DNA from: Patescibacteria group bacterium
GTDB taxonomy: Bacteria > Patescibacteriota > Minisyncoccia > HO2-45-28
Length of the DNA: 49,380 bases
Direction: 5' to 3'
NCBI GenBank assembly: GCA_038064075.1
Contig: JBBTTU010000002.1
Coordinates: forward strand, 1-49,380
This document shows, in pieces, positions 17,849-27,669 of the stretch (positions are counted from its first letter, which is position 1; the number at the start of each line of letters is the position of its first letter). The position numbers and the translations under genes are program-made. The notes below the pieces were generated by a model that was given only the letters and a program-made list of their open reading frames with translations, was not told where the DNA came from and searched no databases.

Positions 17849-18604
17849 ATGATTTCCGCCGTTTTTAATGAAATTTTTTTCCGGCCTTTATTCAATGTTT
17901 TGGTTTTTTTGACCGGAATTCTGCCTTGGCACGATTTAGGCTTGGCTGTTATTTTGCTGACGGTTGGAGCCAGATTCTTGATTTTTCCTTTAACCCATCG
18001 CGCCGCCAAAACCCAGAATCAGATGAAAATTCTTGAGCCGGAATTGAAAAAAATCAAAAACGAAATTAAAGATCGCGAGGAACAAGCCCGGCTGACCATG
18101 GAGCTTTATAAAAAACACGGAATCAATCCGTTTTTAAGCGTTTTTTTCACGTTTCTTCAGCTTCCGATTTTAATCGCTTTATATTTGGTCTTTCGTGAAA
18201 ATTTAATCTCAAATGCCGGCCATCTTTATTCTTTTATTTCTTTCCCGGCGGCGATTCATACCAATTTTTTGGGGCTTATTGAACTCAGCCAGCCAAGCGT
18301 TTTTTTGGCGGTTTTAGCCGGCATTTCGCAGTTTTTCCAGATGAAATTGGCCCAGCCGCCTAAAAACCCGGCTGAAAAAAAAGAAACTCCGGATTTTGCG
18401 CGGCTGCTCGGCCTTCAAATGACTTATTTTATGCCGGTTTTTCTTATTATTATCGCTCTTCGTTTTCCGGCGGCGGTAAGCCTTTATTGGACAACCGTCA
18501 GTCTTTTTGCTACAGTGCATGAAGGTATAGTCAGAAAAAAAGCAAAAAAAATTTATGACCGAGGAAATCAAGCAAATTTTGGAAATAATTCAAGCCTTGT
18601 TTGA
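17849..18604 (+). CDS. yidC: Membrane protein insertase YidC (short form)
   Basis: 251 aa, multi-TM, with LIFPLTHRAAKTQNQMKILEPELKKIK...YKKHGINP. Sits in the rnpA-yidC-jag order. Confidence 0.85.
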   Translation: MISAVFNEIFFRPLFNVLVFLTGILPWHDLGLAVILLTVGARFLIFPLTHRAAKTQNQMKILEPELKKIKNEIKDREEQARLTMELYKKHGINPFLSVFFTFLQLPILIALYLVFRENLISNAGHLYSFISFPAAIHTNFLGLIELSQPSVFLAVLAGISQFFQMKLAQPPKNPAEKKETPDFARLLGLQMTYFMPVFLIIIALRFPAAVSLYWTTVSLFATVHEGIVRKKAKKIYDRGNQANFGNNSSLV

Positions 18605-19010
18605 AAAACTGGGCTGTTCGGGATCAATTGACTTTATTGAATATCCTGAAAATTTATTTTTCAACATTCAAACCCGCGACGGAGGGCTTTTAATCGGCGA
18701 AGACGGCGAGCGCCTAAAAGCTTTAAACCACGTCGCCCATAAAATCATTGAGCGGATTTTAAAAGATCGCAATTGCCCGAGATTTTTGATTGACGTCAAT
18801 GATTATCAAAAACAAAAGTTCGGAGAACTAAAAGACATTGCTCGTCTTTCGGCCCAGCGCGTCCGCTATTTTAAAAAAGAAATTGAATTAAAGCCAATGC
18901 CGGCTTACGAGCGCCGGATCATTCACTCCACATTGACTGAATATCCCGACATTGTGACTGCCAGCGTCGGCGAAGGCCAGGAAAGAAGAGTGGTGATTAA
19001 ACCTCTTTAG
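18555..19010 (+). CDS. jag: Jag/KhpB-type KH + R3H RNA-binding protein
   Basis: 151 aa. Has the R3H segment YERRIIHSTL. Follows yidC with a 50-nt overlap. Confidence 0.75.
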   Translation: MTEEIKQILEIIQALFEKLGCSGSIDFIEYPENLFFNIQTRDGGLLIGEDGERLKALNHVAHKIIERILKDRNCPRFLIDVNDYQKQKFGELKDIARLSAQRVRYFKKEIELKPMPAYERRIIHSTLTEYPDIVTASVGEGQERRVVIKPL

Positions 19011-19030
19011 CCAGCTTATAGTTTTCGGCT

Positions 19031-20194
19031 TTAGTCAGCTAGTTTAAGGCTCCAAAGCGAGTTGTCGTATTTATTGGAGAAATAAAGGAATTTGTCATCC
19101 GCGGAAATACCAATCCGGTTTATGTCAAAAAAACCTTCGGAGTTTATGATTTTTTTCTCGCCGGTTTCAAGATTAATTTCCCAAAAAATATCAACAAATG
19201 AAACTTTGCCCCGCAGCCACTCATCGGGATAAAGAGCCTGTGGCGGATTTTGGTCGGCGGCGCAATAGACGCTCTTTTTAGTTTTGGCAAAAACGCATTT
19301 TGAAGCCAGAGTCGCGGTTTCCAAGTCTCCGGCAATTTTGTTTTTAACGTCATAAAAGAAAAGTTTAGGTTTTTGGCCGCCGGCGTCATAAGCCGAATAA
19401 ATAATTTTTTGGCCGTCGGGCGACCACCCGGCCTCAAGCCCGTAAACACCCCCGATCACTTTTTCAAAAATCCCTTTTTCCAGATCGTATTTGAATAAAA
19501 ATCCGAGCGCGATTCCGGACGGCCGGCTCAAATAGGAAAGAGTGTTTTTTTCGGGCCAAGAAATTTCCCAGTCTTGAAACGGCGAGCCGGTAATTTCTTT
19601 TTGTTTGGTGTTATCAGGATCGGCGCCGACGGTTCTTGAACCGTTTTCCGACGGCAAGAGATAGACAATCCGGTCGCGATCCGGCGCCCAAGCCAATGAG
19701 GTTAAAGACGCCGGTAAAACTACAGCTTGAGTTGAAGTGGCTTTAAATTCGGCTGAAATTATTCTGACGTCGCCCTCAACAAAATATTTAAGAATTGCCC
19801 GCGAAGCGTCCGGCGACCAGTCTTGGGCTTGGAAAATTTTGGGAATGGTTGTGTTTGAGATTCTGGTTTGCTCTTCGCCTTGCGGGCCGATATCTGCAAC
19901 ATGGCCGGTCTGGCGAAGAACAAAGCGAACGCCGTTTTTAGTGACTGCAAATCCAGCAATCGGCTCGGATGAAAGCAGGGTCAGAACTCTTTTTTCCGGT
20001 TCGGTCGGAATTTTAATTTCGGCCGGCGCCGGCGCTTCTTCGCCCGGGCCGAAAAAACTGGAAGAAAAGCGCTGAAAAATTCCGCGTTCCGGTTCGGTCG
20101 TTTCCGGCGCCGGCCGGACAACCAGCCAAATCGCCCCGGCAGCGATAACCAGTATGAAAAATATTATCAATCCTATTTCAAGCGGTTTATTCAT
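19031..20194 (-). CDS. Membrane-anchored PD40/TolB-like beta-propeller repeat protein
   Basis: N-terminal TM helix. Repeated W(S/A)PD motifs: WSPDASRAIL, WAPDRDRIVYL, WSPDGQKIIYSA. Last gene of the T4SS-like gene string. Confidence 0.6.
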   Translation of the reverse strand: MNKPLEIGLIIFFILVIAAGAIWLVVRPAPETTEPERGIFQRFSSSFFGPGEEAPAPAEIKIPTEPEKRVLTLLSSEPIAGFAVTKNGVRFVLRQTGHVADIGPQGEEQTRISNTTIPKIFQAQDWSPDASRAILKYFVEGDVRIISAEFKATSTQAVVLPASLTSLAWAPDRDRIVYLLPSENGSRTVGADPDNTKQKEITGSPFQDWEISWPEKNTLSYLSRPSGIALGFLFKYDLEKGIFEKVIGGVYGLEAGWSPDGQKIIYSAYDAGGQKPKLFFYDVKNKIAGDLETATLASKCVFAKTKKSVYCAADQNPPQALYPDEWLRGKVSFVDIFWEINLETGEKKIINSEGFFDINRIGISADDKFLYFSNKYDNSLWSLKLAD

Positions 20195-20224
20195 TGTTTT
20201 TAATCAATTTAATCATATTGCTTT

Positions 20225-20836
20225 TTATTTTTTTGATTCTTTTCTAAAATCTAAACAAACAAACAGACGTTCATTTTCTTTCTGACATTTGTCGCTGGTT
20301 TGGAAACCGACTAAATCAGGTCTTGCAAGGCTCCCGCCTATCTGTGAGCACCCAGCAATGTTTTGCATCATAACCGCAGTATTTTTGATATCAAGACATA
20401 TAGATTTATCCAAAGCAACAGTTGACAGTTGAATTGTTGACGGCACATTGACCCTCGGCTCCTGCAGTTTAACCAGATTGGGATTGATTGTGTTTAAAAT
20501 AAGCCAAGAGGATAAAGCTAAAGCCAATCCGCCAATCGCGGCTGCGATCATTTTTTTGGCGGCATCAACTTCCGGCGGAGAGATTGCTCCGGCCATCCAT
20601 TTAAAACCGGCAAAAATCAGCATTACTACCGCCAAGATCGCGCTGGCGGAGAGCATAATCGGAAAAAGCCATTGCAAAAAACCAATAAAATTGGTGTTAA
20701 ATTTTTCAAATTTTGCAACAACTTCAGTTGTAATCGGCGTGTCGGTATTCGGCGGCACTAAATAGACTTCTGCCAACAGCGTCAGCGGCAGCGCAAAGAA
20801 AATTATTAAAATAACGGCAAGCGATTTATTGAACAT
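20225..20836 (-). CDS. VirB2/TrbC-like T4SS pilin candidate with Cys-containing C-terminal extension
   Basis: Signal-like N-terminus, then two hydrophobic helices separated by a short loop (FPIMLSASAILAVVMLIFAGF ... AAAIGGLALALSSWLILNTINPNL). C-terminal ~70 aa carry 4 Cys. Confidence 0.45.
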   Translation of the reverse strand: MFNKSLAVILIIFFALPLTLLAEVYLVPPNTDTPITTEVVAKFEKFNTNFIGFLQWLFPIMLSASAILAVVMLIFAGFKWMAGAISPPEVDAAKKMIAAAIGGLALALSSWLILNTINPNLVKLQEPRVNVPSTIQLSTVALDKSICLDIKNTAVMMQNIAGCSQIGGSLARPDLVGFQTSDKCQKENERLFVCLDFRKESKK

Positions 20837-21860
20837 TGATTTGAAAGCCGGCCCGGGCCTGCTGCAAAATATTAACGGCGTGCTTAATCAGCAGGTCAAC
20901 CGAAACCAGACCTTGGGCCCCGGCCGCGGCGCTTAAATTTAAAATGTTAAACGGCGCCGTTTTTTCGGTCGGCTGGCCGTCAACCGTCCAGTTATAATTC
21001 AATCCCAATTTGAGATCGGATTGGCCGGGAATCAAAGAGAAAAAAAACGGCTCGGCCTTGAACATTTTGGCCTCTCCGCTTAAAATCGCAAAAGGACTGA
21101 AAGGATCCAAAGCAAAGTTCATCCGCGGCCCTTCCAGCGGATGCTCTTCATAAAAGAGAACCAAAGTATCTTTAACCGGAATAATTACGGTTTTTTGGGC
21201 AGCGATATTTCCGTTTAAGTTTGAAACCTGCAGTTCAACCGCATGTTCAACATCGCTCGCCGGCCGGGTTTGAAAAGAAAAATTTTGTTTTCCGGCTCCG
21301 GAAGATTTTTGTTTGAAATCGCCGTCAAGCGACCAGCGGTAAATCAGCTCGGAGCCGGCTATTTCCCGTCCGCCGGACATAAGATGAGGAAAAGCGGTGA
21401 CGATAACGTTCGAACGAAGAGAAGGCAGAGTTTTGCCTTGGTACCAGTCCGGCCGGCTGGTTGCGGCCCGCCACAAAAAATCAATGTCAGAGACAACAAA
21501 TGACAAAGAAGCTGAATATTTTTGTCCGCCATTGGCAAGGGCTTCAACCCGCAGATTTTCACGCCCGCCCAATTTCCCGGCTTGAAATCGGTATTCTCTC
21601 AAACCCAGCCCTTTTGCGGCAACTTTGCCGTTGTGATTCCAGACGACTTCGGCGCGGTCAATGTCAAAACTAAAGCCATTGATGCGGGCGTAAACATTTT
21701 GGCTCGGGCCGGGTGTTTCGGGAACAAGCTCAATGAAAAAAGTTTCAGGCGAAGCGTTTTTTAAAAGGCTTTCCAGATCAAGTTCGGCGCCGGCCAAAAG
21801 CGGCAAACTGAAAAAAACAAAACCAACCGTGATTATTAAATTTAAATATTTTTTAAACAT
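20826..21860 (-). CDS. Secreted protein, unknown family
   Basis: Start placed at the internal Met (MFKKYLNLIITVGFVFFSLPLLAGA signal peptide). The upstream 13 codons lack one. Co-directional in the T4SS-like operon. Confidence 0.5.
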   Translation of the reverse strand: MFKKYLNLIITVGFVFFSLPLLAGAELDLESLLKNASPETFFIELVPETPGPSQNVYARINGFSFDIDRAEVVWNHNGKVAAKGLGLREYRFQAGKLGGRENLRVEALANGGQKYSASLSFVVSDIDFLWRAATSRPDWYQGKTLPSLRSNVIVTAFPHLMSGGREIAGSELIYRWSLDGDFKQKSSGAGKQNFSFQTRPASDVEHAVELQVSNLNGNIAAQKTVIIPVKDTLVLFYEEHPLEGPRMNFALDPFSPFAILSGEAKMFKAEPFFFSLIPGQSDLKLGLNYNWTVDGQPTEKTAPFNILNLSAAAGAQGLVSVDLLIKHAVNILQQARAGFQINVQ

Positions 21861-21904
21861 GCTGTTATTGCGAGCCGGGCTATAATATCCAGTATACACC
21901 CAAT

Positions 21905-23764
21905 TTATTGTTTTTGGATTCCGCTTTCGGCAAATTCCTGTTTTGCTTTTTTAATCGCCAGCAATTGATGCGGGTCGGAAGTGATAATCTGGTCTTCGGT
22001 GTAGGAGCTGATTATTTTTATGGCGACATGCTTCAAACCGGCGAAGAAAATGCCTTCGCCGACATCCGATTCCAAAATAAGGAATTTTTCCTCGTCGGTC
22101 AGGTTAAAAGTTTTCTGGACTAGATCAATCGTCGCCGGCGACTGCTTTAAAAGCAGCTGCATTGAAGAGTTGGTGATAATCGGCACGCCGTAGGGCGACT
22201 GCAAAAAATCGCCGACATCCTGGGTGATGGTCGCGACTCCCAAGAAGTATTTTCTGGCCCGTTTGGCAATGCCGAAGAGGAACGAGGCGCCTTGCTCTTC
22301 TTTCATCAGCCACCAGGCCTCGTCAATGACCAAAAGCCTTTTTTTGACGTCTTTTCGGACAGCGTTCCAGATGTAGTGGATGATCAGATACATTGCGATC
22401 GGGCGCAATTCGTCTTCCATGTCGCGCACCGAAAAAACAATCAATTTTTTGTTGATATCAACATTGGTCGGCTGATTGATGAATCCGGCCCAGGTGCCTT
22501 GGGTGTATTTGCGCATTTTCTGGGCAAGGCCATCGGCTCCTTCCATATTGGCCAGAACTAATTCCAAATCCGAAAGAATCGGCGGTATTTTGGAGGCAAA
22601 ATCGGTGTCGGCGGTAATGTCGCGCGAGGCGTAAGTTTCGTTGATGGCCCGGTCCAGAATTGAATCTTCTTCCGGCGTCAGGCCGCCCAGCATTATCCGG
22701 AAAAGCCCGATCAGATTGATGATGTTTGAACGCAGAACATCGGCCGGATCTTCGTCTTCGCGGGCCGCCGGCAGTTCAAAGGGATTGATGTGATGAGTTG
22801 AGGTCAGAGAAATGTTGAAGTAGCGGCCGTCCACCGCTTCGGCGAGGTACTCGTATTCCCGTTCGGGATCAATGATGATGACATCGGTGTCAAACATCAG
22901 CGAGCGCAGTATTTCCAGCTTGGTGGCATAACTTTTGCCCGCGCCGCTTTTTGCGAAGATGACCGAATTGAAATTTTCAAGGCTGAAACGGTCAAAAAGG
23001 ATCAGGCTGTTATTGTGGCGGTTGACTCCGTAAAGAATGCCTTTGTCCGAAGTAAGATCAAAAGAAACAAACGGGAAAAGGCTTGAGATCGGCGAAGAAT
23101 TGAGGCGGCTGTTGATGCCGAGAATGTCGCGGCCGAGCGGGAAGACCGTGAGCGCCCCTTCGGTCTGCTGGAAAAGAGCCGGTTTGGCGTAAACCATTTT
23201 GGCTTCAAGCATTGAACGGATTTCGGATTCTTCGCGGTTCAGCTCCTCAAGATTATCGGCATAAACAGTGATGTAAAGGCCGAAAGAAAAAAGTTTTTCC
23301 TGAGCCTGTTGGAGTTTGTCGCGCAGTTCTTCAAGATTTTGATGGGCGGCATCCAGCATCGGGTCGCGGACCAGTCCTTTTTCTTCGCGCATATGGATTT
23401 GGGACTGGACTTCGGCCACTTTTTTTTGGAGCTGGCGCAAAACCGAAGCGGTATCCATCGGATGGATATAAATTGAAACGTCAAAAACCTTGTCCAAATT
23501 GATAATCGGGCTGAACCAGTTGATGGCCAAAAATTTAGGATAAGAAAAAACAAAAAGGGTTCGGGCGACCTTTTCGCCGATTTTGATGAAATTGGAGCTT
23601 ACTTCAAGGGCCGACGGCGCGATAATGTCTTTCAATTCCAAAACCGCGGCCTCGTAAATTTGCTCGGGCTGGACCGCGATTATCGCTTCTTCCTCTTTTT
23701 CTTTTTTACTGAAAAAATCTTTTAAAGCCATTTTATATTTTTTAGCCTCGTATTTGCGGGGCAT
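21905..23764 (-). CDS. virB4: VirB4/TrbE/TraC-type T4SS ATPase
   Basis: 619 aa. Walker A IFAKSGAGKSYATK and Walker B RLLVIDEAWW. N-terminal domain pattern ARTLFVFSYPKFLAINWFSPI..VSIYIHP is typical of Gram-positive VirB4. An alternative start is Met12 at 23731. Confidence 0.85.
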   Translation of the reverse strand: MPRKYEAKKYKMALKDFFSKKEKEEEAIIAVQPEQIYEAAVLELKDIIAPSALEVSSNFIKIGEKVARTLFVFSYPKFLAINWFSPIINLDKVFDVSIYIHPMDTASVLRQLQKKVAEVQSQIHMREEKGLVRDPMLDAAHQNLEELRDKLQQAQEKLFSFGLYITVYADNLEELNREESEIRSMLEAKMVYAKPALFQQTEGALTVFPLGRDILGINSRLNSSPISSLFPFVSFDLTSDKGILYGVNRHNNSLILFDRFSLENFNSVIFAKSGAGKSYATKLEILRSLMFDTDVIIIDPEREYEYLAEAVDGRYFNISLTSTHHINPFELPAAREDEDPADVLRSNIINLIGLFRIMLGGLTPEEDSILDRAINETYASRDITADTDFASKIPPILSDLELVLANMEGADGLAQKMRKYTQGTWAGFINQPTNVDINKKLIVFSVRDMEDELRPIAMYLIIHYIWNAVRKDVKKRLLVIDEAWWLMKEEQGASFLFGIAKRARKYFLGVATITQDVGDFLQSPYGVPIITNSSMQLLLKQSPATIDLVQKTFNLTDEEKFLILESDVGEGIFFAGLKHVAIKIISSYTEDQIITSDPHQLLAIKKAKQEFAESGIQKQ

Positions 23765-24428
23765 GTCCCCTTTCCAGCTCGCCCGGGTTGAACAATCCGT
23801 AATAAAGCTCTATCAATTCCTCGGTGTTTAAAGGAGCGGTTCGCACGCCGGCGCCGGCAATGGCGCCCGAAATCGTTTCCACTCTTTGCCAGAGCTGGGT
23901 TTTGTATTCTTCAAATTTTTCGTCTTCAAGTTTTTTGGCCGAAGCCGTCTCTTTTCTGCCGAAAAGACCGGTAAATATGCTCCCGATTCCTTTGGCGCCT
24001 CCGGCTAAAAAAGGCGGGACGAACGTCGCTACGATGTAGAAACTTTTGCGGACAATCTTGGTGGTTTCAACAAAAGACCGGACAAACTCAATATATTCGC
24101 GGGTCTGTATTTTTAACAGTTCATTGATTTGGTTTTTCTCGGCCGCCCGCAGGTTTTCCAGATACGGCTCAATATTGAGCCGGCGCGATTGAATCATGAC
24201 CTGAACCGAAAAATCAAGGGCGTTTAAGAAATTCTGATATTGACTGGTGATGGCTTCCTGTTCATCGGCCGACCGGAGCGCGAAATTCAAAGAAGAGGCC
24301 ATCAACACCATATGCATGTTGCCGTCTTCGGTAATCACGATGCCGTCGCGGATTTCGCGGATCGGAACAAAGTCTTGGGATGCTTTTCCTTTAATAGCGG
24401 GCATATTATTTGATTTTTTCTTTAACAT
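23742..24428 (-). CDS. T4SS-associated protein resembling the N-terminal region of Gram-positive VirB4-type proteins
   Basis: 228 aa. The QDFVPIREIRDGIVITEDGNMHMVLMASSLNFALRSADEQEAI pattern is shared with conjugation ATPase N-termini. No P-loop. Confidence 0.45.
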   Translation of the reverse strand: MLKKKSNNMPAIKGKASQDFVPIREIRDGIVITEDGNMHMVLMASSLNFALRSADEQEAITSQYQNFLNALDFSVQVMIQSRRLNIEPYLENLRAAEKNQINELLKIQTREYIEFVRSFVETTKIVRKSFYIVATFVPPFLAGGAKGIGSIFTGLFGRKETASAKKLEDEKFEEYKTQLWQRVETISGAIAGAGVRTAPLNTEELIELYYGLFNPGELERGHAPQIRG

Positions 24429-24816
24429 CCAGCGACCAGGCCAGATCTTTTAATTTGCTTTCGGTTATTTTCGGCAATTCCAATTTCGGCGTCTCTTTAT
24501 GAATTTCGGCGCCGGCCGGTTTGGCGGCTTTAGTTTCTTTTTTCTGCCAGATGTAAAGTTTGGAGGCGGTGTAATGAGAGAGCGCGCTCGCCGCGATTTT
24601 GATAAAAGGCTGGCCGTTTATTTTGTAAAAAGCCAAAGCCGCGGCGAATCCGGCGATCGGCAAACCCAATAAAATGAACCCAATCATTCCGGCAAAGACA
24701 TAAATGATAAATGCCGCCGCTCCTCCGCCCAAAAGATAAATAAACTGTTTCAGGGTCAGCGGCCCGAAAATTTTGTCTTCTACTTCTATAAATTGCGGGA
24801 CATTGAATTGGCGCAT
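24406..24816 (-). CDS. PrgI-family (VirB3-like) membrane protein
   Basis: 136 aa. N-terminal VPQFIEVEDKIFGPLTLKQFIYLLGG is followed by two TM helices. Confidence 0.55.
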   Translation of the reverse strand: MRQFNVPQFIEVEDKIFGPLTLKQFIYLLGGGAAAFIIYVFAGMIGFILLGLPIAGFAAALAFYKINGQPFIKIAASALSHYTASKLYIWQKKETKAAKPAGAEIHKETPKLELPKITESKLKDLAWSLDVKEKIK

Positions 24817-24818
24817 AG

Positions 24819-25328
24819 TTAATTTACCGGTTCTTTATAAGGATCGGCATCGCCCGGGTATCTTTGTTCTTTTCTGGCTTCATCCACTTCTTTTTTGATT
24901 GATGAGGGCGGCTTGAATACCTCGCCTTCCAGTTTTTGTTCAAAGGGCGATCCCCCCGCGCTTTTAAATTCTTCAGTTTTTTTGGTTTCGGGCGTTGATT
25001 TAAAGTTTTTTTCTCCCCCGATCTCATGAATCTTTTTCAGCGATTCTTTTATCGGCGCGAAAATTTGTTCGTTTGTTTCTGCGGCCAGATTTTTTATAAT
25101 TTCCGCGTCAAGTCCCAAACGCTTTTGGAGATTGGCGATATAGTTTTTGGGATGAGTCAGACCCATAATCACGTTCATTGTTTCATCGTTTAATTCGCCG
25201 ATTTTATCAATCGCCAGATTGTATTTTTTGCCGATCGCCATCATTTTATCGGCAACATCTTCGGAGAAAACGGCGTCGCGCAAATCTTGCGGCAGTCCAG
25301 ATAATTGTTTTTGAAATTCTTCAGTCAT
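24819..25328 (-). CDS. Hypothetical soluble protein, K/E-rich C-terminus
   Basis: 169-aa ORF, co-directional, 3 nt from the next gene. No motif recognised. Confidence 0.45.
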   Translation of the reverse strand: MTEEFQKQLSGLPQDLRDAVFSEDVADKMMAIGKKYNLAIDKIGELNDETMNVIMGLTHPKNYIANLQKRLGLDAEIIKNLAAETNEQIFAPIKESLKKIHEIGGEKNFKSTPETKKTEEFKSAGGSPFEQKLEGEVFKPPSSIKKEVDEARKEQRYPGDADPYKEPVN

Positions 25329-25369
25329 ATTTTATTTTATCTTTTATCGCCTTTTTGTTAAAATTATTT

Positions 25370-27664
25370 TTATTTGGGCAAGCCGAGCCGTCTCACTCCG
25401 TTGATTTTTATCCAAGCCGCGGCCGGACTGTTTGAATCTCGCAGTTTGTCAGTAATTTCTTTGATATCGTCTCCCATATTTTTTAATTTCAGAACAAATT
25501 CATCAAAAATTTTGCCTCCTCGCATAACAATGTCGCCAACCTGCTTAGTGTTTAATTTATTTAGCATGTCCATTACTCGGTAGCCGCCGCTGTCGCGTTG
25601 ATATATTGCCGCATCTTCCGAGATTTCGGCAAAATCAATTTTGTTGATAATCTCGGCGTATGTTTTGCCAATTCTTTGAGCCTGAAGCGGCAAAACGGAG
25701 AGAGCGTCATCCGCTCGTCCCGGGCGAAGAGTGTTGATGCTTGAAACAAAATCTCCGCCGCGCCCGATTTTATCATAAGACTTGGCAACTTTTTGTATTT
25801 CATCTTTCCGCCATGAATTGATAATGAAACCTTTAAGATTATCGGTCAAAGAATCAAAAGAAAGGATAATTTGATCTGTCGGCAGTTTAAGGATAAATTG
25901 GCCGTATTCGGAAGCAAATCTTTGCTGTCTTTCAGCCGAAGATCGGTCAAGGTTATTTCCGATGGTTGTTCGGATGGAACCAGCGTTGCTGTGATAAAGA
26001 GCGGCCAGATCAGTTGCCGATGTTTTTTCGCGGACAAAATTCTCCTGCATTTGTGCGGGAAGGCTGTTAAAGAATGTCGGCCGCTCGGTTTCGGGAGTGA
26101 GTTTAAACTGCTCGTAACGGATATTTTCTTGTTTTTTGCCGCCAAGTCGCGTTATAACATTTTCAATTTGCTGTTTTTGTTGTCGGGGGATAGCCGGATT
26201 CGTCAGTATTTGTGCCATTTCATTATCAGGTAAAGTGTTAATGATATTCTCTCGGGCAGTAAGACCCAGAGTTGACAGATAAGTGGCCCGATCCCGCGGC
26301 GAAAGGAGTTTGGCCGATTCCAGTTGCCGCGCCCGGATTTTTTCCAAACCGCCCAAAGTTTTGGCTTTTTCAAGCTGGCGCGCCACGGCTCCTCCCATCA
26401 TTCCGCCGACAAGAGGTATGTGCGAAAGCCCTCTGACAATCGCTCCTCTTCTTTCTTCAGTGGAAAGAAGCTCGGCTCCTCGGCCTATTCCTCTGCCCAC
26501 TCCTCGCGTTCCGAGTCCAATCGCTCCGCCGGCAAATCCGCCGATGTATTTTTGAGCGCCTTTTGCCAAACTCAATGTCATTGCGGCGCCGGCTCCGCCC
26601 ATAGATTTGGCGACAACAAGGCTGATAAAAAGCATCATAGCCAGCAAAAGATAATAAAGAACAACCGTCGGATTTGAAATAAAAGCTTTGCTGGTGTCTA
26701 TATTTGCGTCAAATACTTGGTTTGCGCCGTCCGAGATCATGTTTAAAGTAATGTTGAACAAAAAGAAAAAAGCGACCGGCCAGAATGATTGATTCAGCAA
26801 AGTGCTCCACCATTTATTGGCTTCGCCTGACAAGCCCGGCAAAACCCAGAACAGAAACGCGACCGGCGAAAGAATCATTAAAAACCAAAGGATGACTATT
26901 CTTGCCAAAAGAAGAATAACAACCGTTCCCAAAACGAATATCGCGACCAAGAGCAGAACGATATTTGCGGTCATAACGATCATTGCTCTCCTTAAAGCCG
27001 CGCTGATTGTATTTTCTTTAGTATCCAATTCTTTTTTTAGTTCTTCATATTTTTTTATTTCTTTTTCTGTTACGTCTGGGTTTTTAAACCTACCGCCATA
27101 AAGATCTTCTGAACTTCCGTATATTTTTAATTCCATTTTTCTAAATTCCTCCGCTTTTTTCTCGTAATCAGTGTCATTTCCAATGTCTTTTAATTCAAAA
27201 GACGCAAACATGGCATTTGGATTCAGTCCGGCTGCAAATTGTTCAGAAAATCTTATAGATTTATACTCTCCTTTTGGCATAAAAAGCGATGCCATGGAAT
27301 TGGCGGCAAAAATCACGTATTGAGAAGCCAGAAACGAGAAATTAATAAAGATAGCGGCAATAATAAGATTGGGCAGAAGTTTTTTGGCGCCGTAGCGTTC
27401 AATCTGAAGAATCGTCGCGATGGCGATTGTAAGGAGAATAAAAATAAAAAATAAATTGGCAGTGTCGCGGGCGATCGTCCAGCCGTTGTAAATTGCGGGA
27501 ATGTTGTAGATTTTGGGATCAAAAACATAAAGAATCACCCAATCAAAAAGCATGCCGGTAATGCCGAAAAACGTCGCAACCGCCTCCATAAGCCAGTAAA
27601 CTATCCAAGCCAGCGCGTTCAATACCGCGTTGCCTCCCCCGAATAAATTAAATAAAAATTCCAT
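25370..27664 (-). CDS. VirB6/TrbL-like polytopic membrane protein with long C-terminal domain
   Basis: Start placed at Met20 (MEFLFNLFGGG, ATG 27664), 5 nt after the upstream stop. The N-terminal half has multiple TM segments, then a Gly-rich stretch and a ~350-aa soluble tail. Confidence 0.55.
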   Translation of the reverse strand: MEFLFNLFGGGNAVLNALAWIVYWLMEAVATFFGITGMLFDWVILYVFDPKIYNIPAIYNGWTIARDTANLFFIFILLTIAIATILQIERYGAKKLLPNLIIAAIFINFSFLASQYVIFAANSMASLFMPKGEYKSIRFSEQFAAGLNPNAMFASFELKDIGNDTDYEKKAEEFRKMELKIYGSSEDLYGGRFKNPDVTEKEIKKYEELKKELDTKENTISAALRRAMIVMTANIVLLLVAIFVLGTVVILLLARIVILWFLMILSPVAFLFWVLPGLSGEANKWWSTLLNQSFWPVAFFFLFNITLNMISDGANQVFDANIDTSKAFISNPTVVLYYLLLAMMLFISLVVAKSMGGAGAAMTLSLAKGAQKYIGGFAGGAIGLGTRGVGRGIGRGAELLSTEERRGAIVRGLSHIPLVGGMMGGAVARQLEKAKTLGGLEKIRARQLESAKLLSPRDRATYLSTLGLTARENIINTLPDNEMAQILTNPAIPRQQKQQIENVITRLGGKKQENIRYEQFKLTPETERPTFFNSLPAQMQENFVREKTSATDLAALYHSNAGSIRTTIGNNLDRSSAERQQRFASEYGQFILKLPTDQIILSFDSLTDNLKGFIINSWRKDEIQKVAKSYDKIGRGGDFVSSINTLRPGRADDALSVLPLQAQRIGKTYAEIINKIDFAEISEDAAIYQRDSGGYRVMDMLNKLNTKQVGDIVMRGGKIFDEFVLKLKNMGDDIKEITDKLRDSNSPAAAWIKINGVRRLGLPK

Positions 27665-27669
27665 AAGTT

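Noticed and set aside
21243-21764. Cluster of short + strand ORFs antisense to the 345-aa secreted protein gene. Similar antisense ORFs occur inside virB4, the virB6-like gene, pnp, uvrD, cca and xer.
   Set aside because: They are nested within longer ORFs that have motifs or operon context. They have Arg/Ser/Pro-rich or low-complexity composition typical of antisense frames.
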